Virus record (IMG/VR): IMGVR_UViG_2698536573_000002
Length of the DNA stretch: 44,146 nucleotides
Direction: 5' to 3' (one strand)
Source of the DNA: a virus
Lineage: Duplodnaviria; Heunggongvirae; Uroviricota; Caudoviricetes
Part shown: positions 28,906-36,877 of the stretch, piece by piece
Layout of the letters: every line of letters begins with the position of its first letter
How positions within the stretch are numbered: position 1 is the stretch's first letter
Position numbers and translations under genes: made by a program
The notes under the pieces: generated by a model
Told to the model about the DNA's origin: nothing
The model's input: the letters and a program-made list of their open reading frames with translations, nothing else
Databases searched by the model: none

Positions 28906-29973
28906 TCAGGCTTTCAATAGCGATTCTTTCAGATATCGGGCATCAGCCAGGGCGTTTGGAGTAATCTTGCGAACCCATGCATTACGGGTTGGACTCCACT
29001 TAAAGGCGCGTGATTTAAGCAGCGAACGAATGTTTGCCTCTGGTTTGCCAGGGAAATAAAACAGGATGCGGTTATCCTCTGGATCTATCTCCATAGAAAA
29101 GCCGTCGTATTCTTCGCGCTGTGCTCCTGTTACAGACTTGACCGATTCAAGCTCCTTAATACGGCTCTGTAGTCGTTTGATTTCGGCATTATTGTTACTC
29201 AGTGAGTATGAAGGGAAGCCAATGTGCCCACAGAAATCTCCGGCGAGTAACCCTTTGGCTTCGCTTTCAGTAAACTCAAGGTCAATTAATGCGGAAAGCT
29301 GCTGTAATTGGTCTTTTTTGTATTTGCGAATAGCCTTATTTGCGGCCTTCATTTTGATGTGTGACTTCATGCAGCCTTGCAGCTTACGAAGCAACTTAAA
29401 TAGCGCATCAGGATCATCAGACGAAACTCCATTACGGCCGACACCTGCGGCTTTGCTTTCGTAGTACGATGCTCTGCTTTCACACTCAACAAACGATTTT
29501 CTGAATAACGCATCAGCTTTAGACAAACGGCGGCGATGGCCTTTCGCGCTATAATGGTCAACTAAAATCGGCTGGCCTAACGGGATCACATCCAACAGTT
29601 CATGCGCTCGCTTATGCGCCACCGCACCTTCTTTTCTGGCTTTTTCTGCACGAGCAATATATCGGGCAAGACGCGCGTTCTGGCGTTCCTGATAGGTATT
29701 TACGTAATCATCTCCGCGCTGCTGCTGTTCAAGCCATGCTTTGCGCAGCTTTTCTGTTACGTCTACCAACTCTGCAGGGATACAACCTGTTTGGGATTCA
29801 TAAGAGTGACCATCCTCATAAAGACGTCCATCGTCTTCAACAACGAAAAAGGTTTCGTGCTCATCGCTTTTGACCATACGGCCATTAACATGACGTAATC
29901 TATAGCCAGTATCAGTGCTCAACAGGCTGTTAGGGTTGTTGATCCAGTCAGAAATAATTACTTGTTTATTCAT
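28906..29973 (-). CDS. hypothetical protein (355 aa), first gene after repeat copy 2
   Basis: ORF 28906-30123; start at 29973 (MNKQV) preferred because it is the ATG closing the conserved repeat. Confidence 0.45.
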   Translation of the reverse strand: MNKQVIISDWINNPNSLLSTDTGYRLRHVNGRMVKSDEHETFFVVEDDGRLYEDGHSYESQTGCIPAELVDVTEKLRKAWLEQQQRGDDYVNTYQERQNARLARYIARAEKARKEGAVAHKRAHELLDVIPLGQPILVDHYSAKGHRRRLSKADALFRKSFVECESRASYYESKAAGVGRNGVSSDDPDALFKLLRKLQGCMKSHIKMKAANKAIRKYKKDQLQQLSALIDLEFTESEAKGLLAGDFCGHIGFPSYSLSNNNAEIKRLQSRIKELESVKSVTGAQREEYDGFSMEIDPEDNRILFYFPGKPEANIRSLLKSRAFKWSPTRNAWVRKITPNALADARYLKESLLKA

Positions 29974-30082
29974 CAGATTTCTCCGGTTTAACCAGGGCGG
30001 GTATCGCTCGGTTTTGGGTATAACCTTAGGAAATTTTTTCCCACCTGTAAAGCACTTTTTATATAAATCTATAATTATATAT
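29974..30082 (-). repeat. ~109-bp promoter-bearing repeat, copy 2
   Basis: One mismatch vs copy 1 over ~105 bp; -35 tgtaaa at 30046-30051, -10 acctta at 30023-30028 (plus-strand coordinates). Confidence 0.85.
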
Positions 30083-30143
30083 TTATAGATTTTCCGATAT
30101 TCCCGGTGCCTACAAATCACCAAAACAGCTCAAAATGACACTT

Positions 30144-30521
30144 TCATTCTCTTCTCTTTTTCAAGTAGTCGACAACATACGCCCTGGCTTTTGCCAGCTT
30201 CCGGCGATACTGTCTGAGACTAAGAGAAAGGGCGTGGGCTTTATCAATATGCGGTGCATTTATGTCGAGGCCCCGAATCTCCCACGCCCCGTATTCAATT
30301 CGGACAACCAGCGCCGCAGTCTCATCAACTACCGTGAGGGCCGTCACCGCTCCCTCGATACTGGTTTCCAGTGAGTCATTTGGTGCGCCGCCCCCTCCGG
30401 TAAACTGGCAACGCGTAACCATCATCATTTCTAACATCGACGCGAAACCGCTACGGGCGTTGCAGCCATTGCGCACCCACAGCGCCCATAGCTCAAACAA
30501 GCTATCCAGATCGCGTCTCAC
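30144..30521 (-). CDS. putative Q-like antitermination protein
   Basis: 125 aa, GTG start overlapping upstream stop (GTGA); N-terminal LFELWALWVRNG resembles Q of 82/21 type as I recall it; last gene of early operon, followed by a promoter repeat. Confidence 0.4.
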   Translation of the reverse strand: MRRDLDSLFELWALWVRNGCNARSGFASMLEMMMVTRCQFTGGGGAPNDSLETSIEGAVTALTVVDETAALVVRIEYGAWEIRGLDINAPHIDKAHALSLSLRQYRRKLAKARAYVVDYLKKRRE

Positions 30522-30524
30522 TGT

Positions 30525-30857
30525 TCAGATCTCCCGTATCGTGACGGGATAAAGCGCCTCTACCTGCTTTTTCTTCATGATGTAGACGTCTGTTCGCACA
30601 CCTTTAGTGTCGACACAATCAATCGTCCCATCGTCATAAAACACCATGAAATCAAGTTTATAAACGACACCACCTGGCAGATGAAAAGGCACCTGCATAA
30701 GAAACGTCACAACGCGGCCAGCTTTTCTCAGTAGCTTCAGTTCGCAGTAGTAATCAGCCTCTTTTTTGCTATCAAAAGCGATATCATCGACAACCGTTTT
30801 TTTATTGCCGTATTTGCTTTTTCTGGTCGCTGGTTTGCGAAAGCCGGTATATCTCAT
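30525..30857 (-). CDS. DUF1064-family phage protein
   Basis: 110 aa with YGNKKTVVDDIAFDSKKEADYYCELKLL motif. Confidence 0.55.
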   Translation of the reverse strand: MRYTGFRKPATRKSKYGNKKTVVDDIAFDSKKEADYYCELKLLRKAGRVVTFLMQVPFHLPGGVVYKLDFMVFYDDGTIDCVDTKGVRTDVYIMKKKQVEALYPVTIREI

Positions 30858-31261
30858 TTGGTATCCCCTGGTACTTCACCAAGACTAAGATCAAACCCAA
30901 TTTCGTCTTTAACTGACTGCGGCAACAGCTCCCACGTCTGCGCACACAAAAATTCATCGGTGCCATAACGCTCAACAAAGCGAGCACAATTACTCAGGGG
31001 AGGGTGACGAACGGCAATATGCGGAGGCACACGCCCACCACCAGGCACAACACCGCGATGATGTGGTGCGCACAACCCAAAGCTATGGAAGTGGCAATTC
31101 TCATCAACGCTGCCGTAATCAGGATCGTGATGCAGCTCCGTCCACAGCTCTGGATTATCAATTTCACGGCCATCAATAATGCAAGCTATGCAACCCACGT
31201 GAGTGAGCACCGCTTGTATATAAAGTTTCTCTTTCTTCGTTGGTGTACGTCCGTTCATCAA
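30854..31261 (-). CDS. Cys/His-rich putative zinc-binding protein (possible HNH-like nuclease)
   Basis: 135 aa; GCIACII ... ELHHDPDYG ... NCHFHSFGLCAPHHRG. Confidence 0.3.
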   Translation of the reverse strand: MMNGRTPTKKEKLYIQAVLTHVGCIACIIDGREIDNPELWTELHHDPDYGSVDENCHFHSFGLCAPHHRGVVPGGGRVPPHIAVRHPPLSNCARFVERYGTDEFLCAQTWELLPQSVKDEIGFDLSLGEVPGDTK

Positions 31262-31491
31262 CGCCCCTTACCATTGATAAAGAGGTTGAACTCGTTAATT
31301 AACTGGACATACATGCTTCTGGCCGCGTAGTTCTTTGCCAGCTCTTTACGGGATGAGATCCCGCAAAACTCACGCAGAATCACAGAGGCCTCAGAACTGT
31401 TTGAAATGTTCTTCCCTGTTTTACTGGTCAGAAAGCGCCAGAATTGGGGATTCTGGCAATGCATCGCAGCACCGCGAACATAACCACTCAT
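31258..31491 (-). CDS. hypothetical protein
   Basis: 77 aa ORF in early operon. Confidence 0.25.
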   Translation of the reverse strand: MSGYVRGAAMHCQNPQFWRFLTSKTGKNISNSSEASVILREFCGISSRKELAKNYAARSMYVQLINEFNLFINGKGR

Positions 31492-32003
31492 TGATGGCCC
31501 CCGTCATTCCAGGTGCTTTTCACCGTGCGGCTGCTTAAAAACCTGCCATCACGAGAAACAGACACATCTCGTTTACCCAACCTCATTTCACGGCGGTAAC
31601 ATTCAGAAAATGCCTCGTCCGGCAGCATATAAATGCGACGCTTCGCCTCCGAATCCAGAAGGGAACGGCTTGGAGTTACATATAAAAACGACTCATCAAT
31701 AGGGACAAAACCACGAGCAAGAATTGCTGGCAGAATGCCAGGAAGAACGCAGAAAACAGCTCCACGATGCAGCAACATCTGGTACTCCATGACCTCCGTT
31801 ATCCCCGTGACGACTGTTACGGTGTCACGTCTGTTACGGCTGGCAACCAGTCGCTGCACACGTCCAATTTTCTGCTCTACAGATAGACGTTTACTATCGT
31901 TATCAATATGATCGATAACAAATCCTTTAATCGTTTGATCAAGGTAGTGCACCACCTGCGATTGAATCTGGTGATTATCACCAAAGAAGGCCAGAATCAT
32001 CAT
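31488..32003 (-). CDS. hypothetical protein
   Basis: 171 aa ORF in early operon. Confidence 0.3.
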   Translation of the reverse strand: MMILAFFGDNHQIQSQVVHYLDQTIKGFVIDHIDNDSKRLSVEQKIGRVQRLVASRNRRDTVTVVTGITEVMEYQMLLHRGAVFCVLPGILPAILARGFVPIDESFLYVTPSRSLLDSEAKRRIYMLPDEAFSECYRREMRLGKRDVSVSRDGRFLSSRTVKSTWNDGGHQ

Positions 32004-32494
32004 TCCTCAAGCCTCCCAAGTGCTGAACGCCGGGCGTTGCTAATCTCCTTATGAATCAGCTCGATATCGCTGGAATCTTTATTCTTAAACTCCAGCACGG
32101 CAATCGCATCACGAACCTCTGAAACGGTTACGTGTGAGTGTTTCCAGCGAGCAATGAATCGCGGACCGCGTAGATTGCAACGCTCCGCAGGTATCCCCAG
32201 CTCAGAGAAAACCGCTTTCAGCCTTGATAAGCAGTTAACAGGGAGATTCCCTTTGATCTTGTTCTGCCGAACCGATGTGCCATCGCTACGCTGGCGCTGA
32301 CGTTCGGCAAAATCTGCCGCCCATTGCTGGACATTAATCCGGCCTTCCGAATACGCCACCAGCAGCGTCAGGTTATCCGCACGAGGGAATCTCTCGAAGC
32401 GATACCAGGCACCAATCAGTGATGACGTAAAGCCAAACTTTCTGGCAACACCAATTTGGCCTCCATTTTCATCAACCCACTCCTGAAAGGTCAT
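32000..32494 (-). CDS. HTH DNA-binding protein, first gene of leftward-reading early operon (Cro/CII-like role)
   Basis: 164 aa; N-terminal HTH-like GQIGVARKFGFTSSLIGAWYRF; divergent from CI-like repressor across operator region. Confidence 0.4.
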   Translation of the reverse strand: MTFQEWVDENGGQIGVARKFGFTSSLIGAWYRFERFPRADNLTLLVAYSEGRINVQQWAADFAERQRQRSDGTSVRQNKIKGNLPVNCLSRLKAVFSELGIPAERCNLRGPRFIARWKHSHVTVSEVRDAIAVLEFKNKDSSDIELIHKEISNARRSALGRLEE

Positions 32495-32512
32495 TTAACT
32501 AACTCCAGTTAA

Positions 32513-32629
32513 ACCACGATATGTGGTATTAAAACCACAAATCGTGAGTTTTTCAATGGGAAAACAAAAAATAACCTTCTATTTGTGGTCTACCTCTCGT
32601 CTTGCCGTGTGAAAACCACTAAATGTGGT
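32513..32629. promoter_or_regulatory. immunity-region operators, consensus ACCAC-N5-GTGGT
   Basis: accacgatatgtggt 32513-32527, accacaaatcgtgag 32534-32548 (imperfect), half-site gtggt 32585-32589, accactaaatgtggt 32615-32629, between divergent regulator genes. Confidence 0.6.
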
Positions 32630-32666
32630 AATGTATAAATAACCCCCCATTCACGATTGATGAGAA

Positions 32667-33329
32667 ATGAAAAGCAACGACGAGAACATCAAGAAAGAAA
32701 TAGGTCTGCGCATTCAGACTCTACGGAAACAATCCGGCATGACTGCCGGAGATCTCCAGCAAGTCACTGGAATAGGCTTAAGCACCTTGCAGAACTATGA
32801 GGCCGGATTAAGACAACCATCTATACCTGCCATCAAGAAAATCGCGCACGCCCTGAAAGCATCAGCGCCTTATATCGCGTGCTTAACAGATAACCCGTTC
32901 CCACCCCAGAATACTAACGCTCCTGTTATTCCTGGGCTTGTAGCTATAAAAAATGACATAGCATCGCACGCCGGAGAAAAGCCAGTGCTGGCGATAGAAC
33001 AGGAGATTCTACGAAGCAAGAACATCAACCCATCGTCTCTGTCTGTTCTCCAGAGCAACGATGAGCTAAAGCTAATGTCACCAACAATATCCCCTGGCTC
33101 CCAAGTCCTGATTAATACAGACGATACAGAGATTCATGAGGGGATCTATGCCCTTGAAGACAGAAATGGCCTGGTTGTTTTGAGGCACTGTAGAGTCATA
33201 CCGGGTGACAATGCTGTTATGCTGTCAACCGAAAGGGATGCTGAAATGAACACTAAGCATCTGAATAACGAGGAATTTAAGCGTTATAAAGTTCTTGGCC
33301 GCGTAGTTAGTGTTGTCAACTGGTTATGA
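32667..33329 (+). CDS. CI-like prophage repressor (XRE-type HTH with LexA/S24-like C-terminal domain)
   Basis: 220 aa; N-terminal HTH (LRKQSGMTAGDLQQVTGIGLSTLQNYEAG), C-terminal domain with Ser/Lys candidates (LMSPT ... KVLGRVV). Confidence 0.65.
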   Translation: MKSNDENIKKEIGLRIQTLRKQSGMTAGDLQQVTGIGLSTLQNYEAGLRQPSIPAIKKIAHALKASAPYIACLTDNPFPPQNTNAPVIPGLVAIKNDIASHAGEKPVLAIEQEILRSKNINPSSLSVLQSNDELKLMSPTISPGSQVLINTDDTEIHEGIYALEDRNGLVVLRHCRVIPGDNAVMLSTERDAEMNTKHLNNEEFKRYKVLGRVVSVVNWL

Positions 33330-33371
33330 TACACAGCACGGCGAAAGCCGTGCATTTCTACGCTCAAAAAA

Positions 33372-33386
33372 ACCACGCTTTGTGGT
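33372..33386. promoter_or_regulatory. additional ACCAC-N5-GTGGT operator downstream of repressor gene
   Basis: accacgctttgtggt, perfect half-sites. Confidence 0.5.
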
Positions 33387-33421
33387 TTTGACAACATGAA
33401 AAAGTATAAAAGAGGCTACGC

Positions 33422-33796
33422 ATGGAATTACATACAGCCAATAAAAACGAAACTCTGATCACTGCTGGAATCGAAATCCAAGCGTTGAACATAGCGATTG
33501 AGTGTATGTTATGCCAACTCATTGATAATGAGAAAGATATCGACTGGATAGAATCTATCCTTCATCTGGCATCAGAACAAAAAGTCTGCCTCAAAACGGC
33601 CTTACAATACGATGTGCCAGCGATATCGAAGCTGTGCCAGCCATTGATGGCATATAACAGGGCTATTATTTCTGTATGCCTCATGATTCTCGATGAAAAC
33701 ACCCCTCTTAGCGACCGCTCAGAAGCTGCTCTAACCCTCTCACGTAAACAGCGACAGCTAGCAAATCAACTGATATCAACGATAGCTGACCTCTGA
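33422..33796 (+). CDS. hypothetical protein adjacent to repressor gene
   Basis: 124 aa, RBS AAGAGG 7 nt upstream; followed by hairpin at ~33802-33819. Confidence 0.4.
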   Translation: MELHTANKNETLITAGIEIQALNIAIECMLCQLIDNEKDIDWIESILHLASEQKVCLKTALQYDVPAISKLCQPLMAYNRAIISVCLMILDENTPLSDRSEAALTLSRKQRQLANQLISTIADL

Positions 33797-33820
33797 CTGC
33801 AAGCGGGCTAACGCCCGCTT

Positions 33821-33930
33821 ATATGATTATAGATTTATATAATTATATAAAACACTTTTCATCCGCCAAAAAGTTGGTTATGCTTACCTCATTCTATAAA
33901 TATAGATTTATAGAATTATATAATCAAACA
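33821..33930. repeat. clustered AT-rich palindromic motifs upstream of parA (candidate centromere/operator)
   Basis: tatgattatagatttatataattatataa and tataaatatagatttatagaattatataa; same core as in the three promoter repeats. Confidence 0.5.
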
Positions 33931-33946
33931 CATGGAGTCTCGACAA

Positions 33947-34600
33947 ATGACTATATCTGTAGGTATTTTCAACGGAAAAGGCGGCGTAACCAAATCAACC
34001 ATTGCTCGTGCTTTAGCAGTTGCTTATGCAAAGGCTGGCTGGAATGTATGCCTGATCGATATGGATGTGCTTAACGGAACGGTAACGCGTTGGGTACAAC
34101 GCAGAATGGCCAACAATATCGAACCTGCAATCGCGGCGCAGCCGTGCGGCACGCCATCACAAGTCCAGAAAATCATCGAATCAGAAGTATACGACCTGGT
34201 TATCGTTGATGGCGGTGCCTACGCATCTGAATCAGTACCGAAGCTCTCTGAATTTCTGGATATGGTTATTTTGCCAACCAGATTCTCTACCGATGACCTG
34301 GAAACCACCGTTAACACAGCTCACGGCATCGTTAAAAAGGGTGTACCAATCAAGAAAATTTGCATGGTGTTTTCCGGCGCGGCTGAAAACGAAGCTGACT
34401 ATATTGAAGCCCAAGAGTACCTGGCTAATACGCCATACTTTGTTGTCGATAAGTACATTCCCCACAAGCCAGCTCTGAGCAAAGCTCAGGATAAAGGCTT
34501 AAGCCTCATTGAGTGCTCATACGTTGCGCCACGCAAAAAAGCAGACGACGTTATTCAGGGGATTATCAACCAGCTTGAGGCTCTGACTACTGCCGCGTAA
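33947..34600 (+). CDS. ParA/ParF-type partition ATPase
   Basis: Deviant Walker A GIFNGKGGVTKST; start at second ATG (GGAG 9 nt upstream); ORF from 33932. Confidence 0.8.
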   Translation: MTISVGIFNGKGGVTKSTIARALAVAYAKAGWNVCLIDMDVLNGTVTRWVQRRMANNIEPAIAAQPCGTPSQVQKIIESEVYDLVIVDGGAYASESVPKLSEFLDMVILPTRFSTDDLETTVNTAHGIVKKGVPIKKICMVFSGAAENEADYIEAQEYLANTPYFVVDKYIPHKPALSKAQDKGLSLIECSYVAPRKKADDVIQGIINQLEALTTAA

Positions 34601-34643
34601 TATATAATTATAGTTTTATAGATTTATATAAGAGAGGATACAC

Positions 34644-34892
34644 ATGGCCGCACCATCAAAACCACCAAAGAAGAACAGCAAAGGCGTACCGCCATCGATC
34701 GAACAACCGCAGGTTTTCGACCCGACTGAAACGCCAGCCAGAACCAAATCAGGTGGGGCACAAATGGCGTTTAACGTCGACCCTGAATTTAAACGCGAGT
34801 ACAAAACGTTCGCCAGCTCAATGGATATGTCATTGAAAGAAGTGCTAACAAAATCTTTTGAGTTACTCAAGGCTCAATACAACCAGAAGTAA
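34644..34892 (+). CDS. ParG-like ribbon-helix-helix partition protein
   Basis: 82 aa, unstructured basic N-terminus then RHH-like MAFNVDPEFKREYKTFASSMDMSLKEVL; RBS GAGAGGA. Confidence 0.55.
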   Translation: MAAPSKPPKKNSKGVPPSIEQPQVFDPTETPARTKSGGAQMAFNVDPEFKREYKTFASSMDMSLKEVLTKSFELLKAQYNQK

Positions 34893-34954
34893 GAGAAGGT
34901 GACGGCCTCCAGCGCCAACTGTTGGCCGTAGCGACACAACAAGGGGAATTTGTT

Positions 34955-35104
34955 ATGTCCGAGCAACAATATACACGGTTACTGAAAACTCGTCTAACCG
35001 ACCTCAAACGGCTGCAAGCTGGTCGCTTATTTGCCCTGCTATCCACCAGGCCAGCATGGGTACGTGAAGCAGTTCTGAAAGGCTTAATGCGCTCCAGCGT
35101 TTAA
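34955..35104 (+). CDS. hypothetical small protein downstream of par genes
   Basis: 49 aa from internal ATG with AGGGGA RBS. Confidence 0.25.
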   Translation: MSEQQYTRLLKTRLTDLKRLQAGRLFALLSTRPAWVREAVLKGLMRSSV

Positions 35105-35112
35105 ATTCAACC

Positions 35113-35136
35113 ATAAAAAAGGCCCCCGAAGGGGCC
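35113..35136 (-). terminator. intrinsic terminator (minus-strand orientation)
   Basis: ggcccc-cgaa-ggggcc hairpin followed by U6 on minus strand, directly after small ORF 35143-35265. Confidence 0.5.
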
Positions 35137-35142
35137 TAATCG

Positions 35143-35265
35143 CTACTTGCTGCTAATGTTTATCGTCACATTCAGAGCGTTATCAGTAATCTTCCAACCC
35201 TCTCCATGTGGCGTAAACAAAGCCCCAGTAACAACGATAAAAATACACATGTAGTATTTTTTCAT
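35143..35265 (-). CDS. small hydrophobic peptide (40 aa)
   Basis: MKKYYMCIFIVVTGALFTPHGEGWKITDNALNVTINISSK; RBS AAGGG; own terminator. Confidence 0.35.
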   Translation of the reverse strand: MKKYYMCIFIVVTGALFTPHGEGWKITDNALNVTINISSK

Positions 35266-35655
35266 TGTGTGGCCCTTACAGGCCGTTTCACGGCATCCCC
35301 ACCGACGAAAATGACGCGAGAGCAAGCACGCTGTTTGTGCCTGCGTGGTACGGCAAGTGGATAATCCTTTCCTGAAAGTCAGTGCCCGGGTGCGAATCGG
35401 CGGAAAGGCCCCAAGCCATATTACACGTCATACCCTTCATAATGAAGGAATAAAAAACGCTTTTATTACATGAGATTACACGTAAATAAGTTAAAAACCT
35501 TCATTTTGCATGAGCTAATGAGCTAAATTTTTTTATATGAATAGTGGACTATTCACCTCAGTTAGGTAAGAATGTAGTTGCTGTTTGTGCTTGCGTGGTT
35601 GTATTAGTACAACGACGTTATGCTGAAAGGACCGCGAATCCGATCAGCACGAAAG

Positions 35656-35685
35656 AACCGTCCTCAATAGGGCGGTTTTTTTGTT
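35656..35685 (+). terminator. intrinsic terminator (plus-strand orientation)
   Basis: aaccgtcc-tcaata-gggcggtt followed by T8. Confidence 0.45.
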
Positions 35686-35695
35686 TCTTCACTCA

Positions 35696-36235
35696 TTAAA
35701 ACAGTCCAAGACCTGTTAATGGCTTCTGATAATCTCGATTATTCATATCAGCGCCGTTATCGACCCAATTTCTATATGCTTCATCGCAACAATACATTAC
35801 AGCAGTTGGAGTATCTGGGATGCCGCCCCCAAATGAGAATCCCATTGAGCTAATGCTAACTCTTTCTAATGGCCTATTTCTCAATGCTTCAAACCCCTTG
35901 CTATTAAAGTAACGCAGCATCAGAGGTAAAAGGTTATCCTCGTCCTGACTGATTGTTCCAGGGAAAAAGTAGTAACCATAACGGTTAAATTCGGGAATAA
36001 GATTTTCTACCAATGACATGAAATTCACTGGAGTAATATTAAGGGCTGTGAAAGCACCAAAAAGGGCGTCAACTGTTAATACAGACTGCCCGTTCTCTAT
36101 CTTTGTCCATGCGTTTGGTGTTTTTCCAGCAGCTTGAGCCAGTACTCCTTGATGCACACCTCTTTCTAGCCTAAGTTCTTTTATGATCATTAGGTGAATT
36201 GTTGAAAAACATGAGTTTTTTGACTGTTCAATCAT
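35696..36235 (-). CDS. XRE-type HTH protein with uncharacterised C-terminal domain
   Basis: 179 aa; HTH IKELRLERGVHQGVLAQAAGKTPNAWTKIENGQ; RBS GGGGA. Confidence 0.45.
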   Translation of the reverse strand: MIEQSKNSCFSTIHLMIIKELRLERGVHQGVLAQAAGKTPNAWTKIENGQSVLTVDALFGAFTALNITPVNFMSLVENLIPEFNRYGYYFFPGTISQDEDNLLPLMLRYFNSKGFEALRNRPLERVSISSMGFSFGGGIPDTPTAVMYCCDEAYRNWVDNGADMNNRDYQKPLTGLGLF

Positions 36236-36372
36236 TTTTTATCCCCATATTGAATTTTTTCTTTGTTCCCAACTTTAACAAAACACCACAACTTAGGAAT
36301 ATATAGTTCCTTAAATGAATCATACATTCCCACCTTCGGTATATCAAGAAAATTAAAAGCTCGGCATTCAAA

Positions 36373-36387
36373 CCCACACTATGTGGT
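36373..36387. promoter_or_regulatory. ACCAC-N5-GTGGT-like operator upstream of antirepressor operon
   Basis: cccacactatgtggt (9/10 half-site match). Confidence 0.45.
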
Positions 36388-36419
36388 TGTCTCTGTTAAA
36401 ATCCCGCCGTATTGACATA

Positions 36420-36521
36420 AATGCGCCATTGGTGGACACTTTCCGAGCCGTAGCAAAATCTACGGTCGGGATTGGAACCCCGATAATCATCATGGCGCAT
36501 ACCGCGTTAGCGGTTTTTTTA
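36420..36521 (+). ncRNA. candidate small regulatory RNA (c4-like) upstream of antirepressor operon
   Basis: TTGACA at 36412-36417; terminator accgc-gtta-gcggt + T7 at 36501-36520; short elements complementary to leader near 36603-36634. Confidence 0.3.
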
Positions 36522-36685
36522 TGCGTAAAGCACTGCTACACCCAAATTATGGTGGGGCGTGCGGGGGAGTCGTAAGACTCGCCGGATTCCATGGTGACCG
36601 GTAGTTCCAACCCTGTACGTCTCACCACCCAATGATTGGAACCAGACGGTGGTGAGTATCCTTAACCTTTAAGGGAACTATCACC

Positions 36686-36877
36686 ATGACAAACCTACCC
36701 CATGACTATTACGTCAACCTCGTAAAGATCCTTCTCAAGAAAGCCTCATACGCCGATAAATTCCGCCTGGCTGAAATCATCGAGCGCGAAGCTATGCGCA
36801 TCGCCAGCAACGATAACGCTGTTTCTGTCGCAAAAATCTCCCTCGTAACCAAAGTAGTTATGGGAGGTGCAAAATGA
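36686..36877 (+). CDS. small leader protein translationally coupled to antirepressor (icd-like position)
   Basis: 63 aa; stop TGA overlaps ant ATG (ATGA); RBS AAGGGA. Confidence 0.45.
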   Translation: MTNLPHDYYVNLVKILLKKASYADKFRLAEIIEREAMRIASNDNAVSVAKISLVTKVVMGGAK

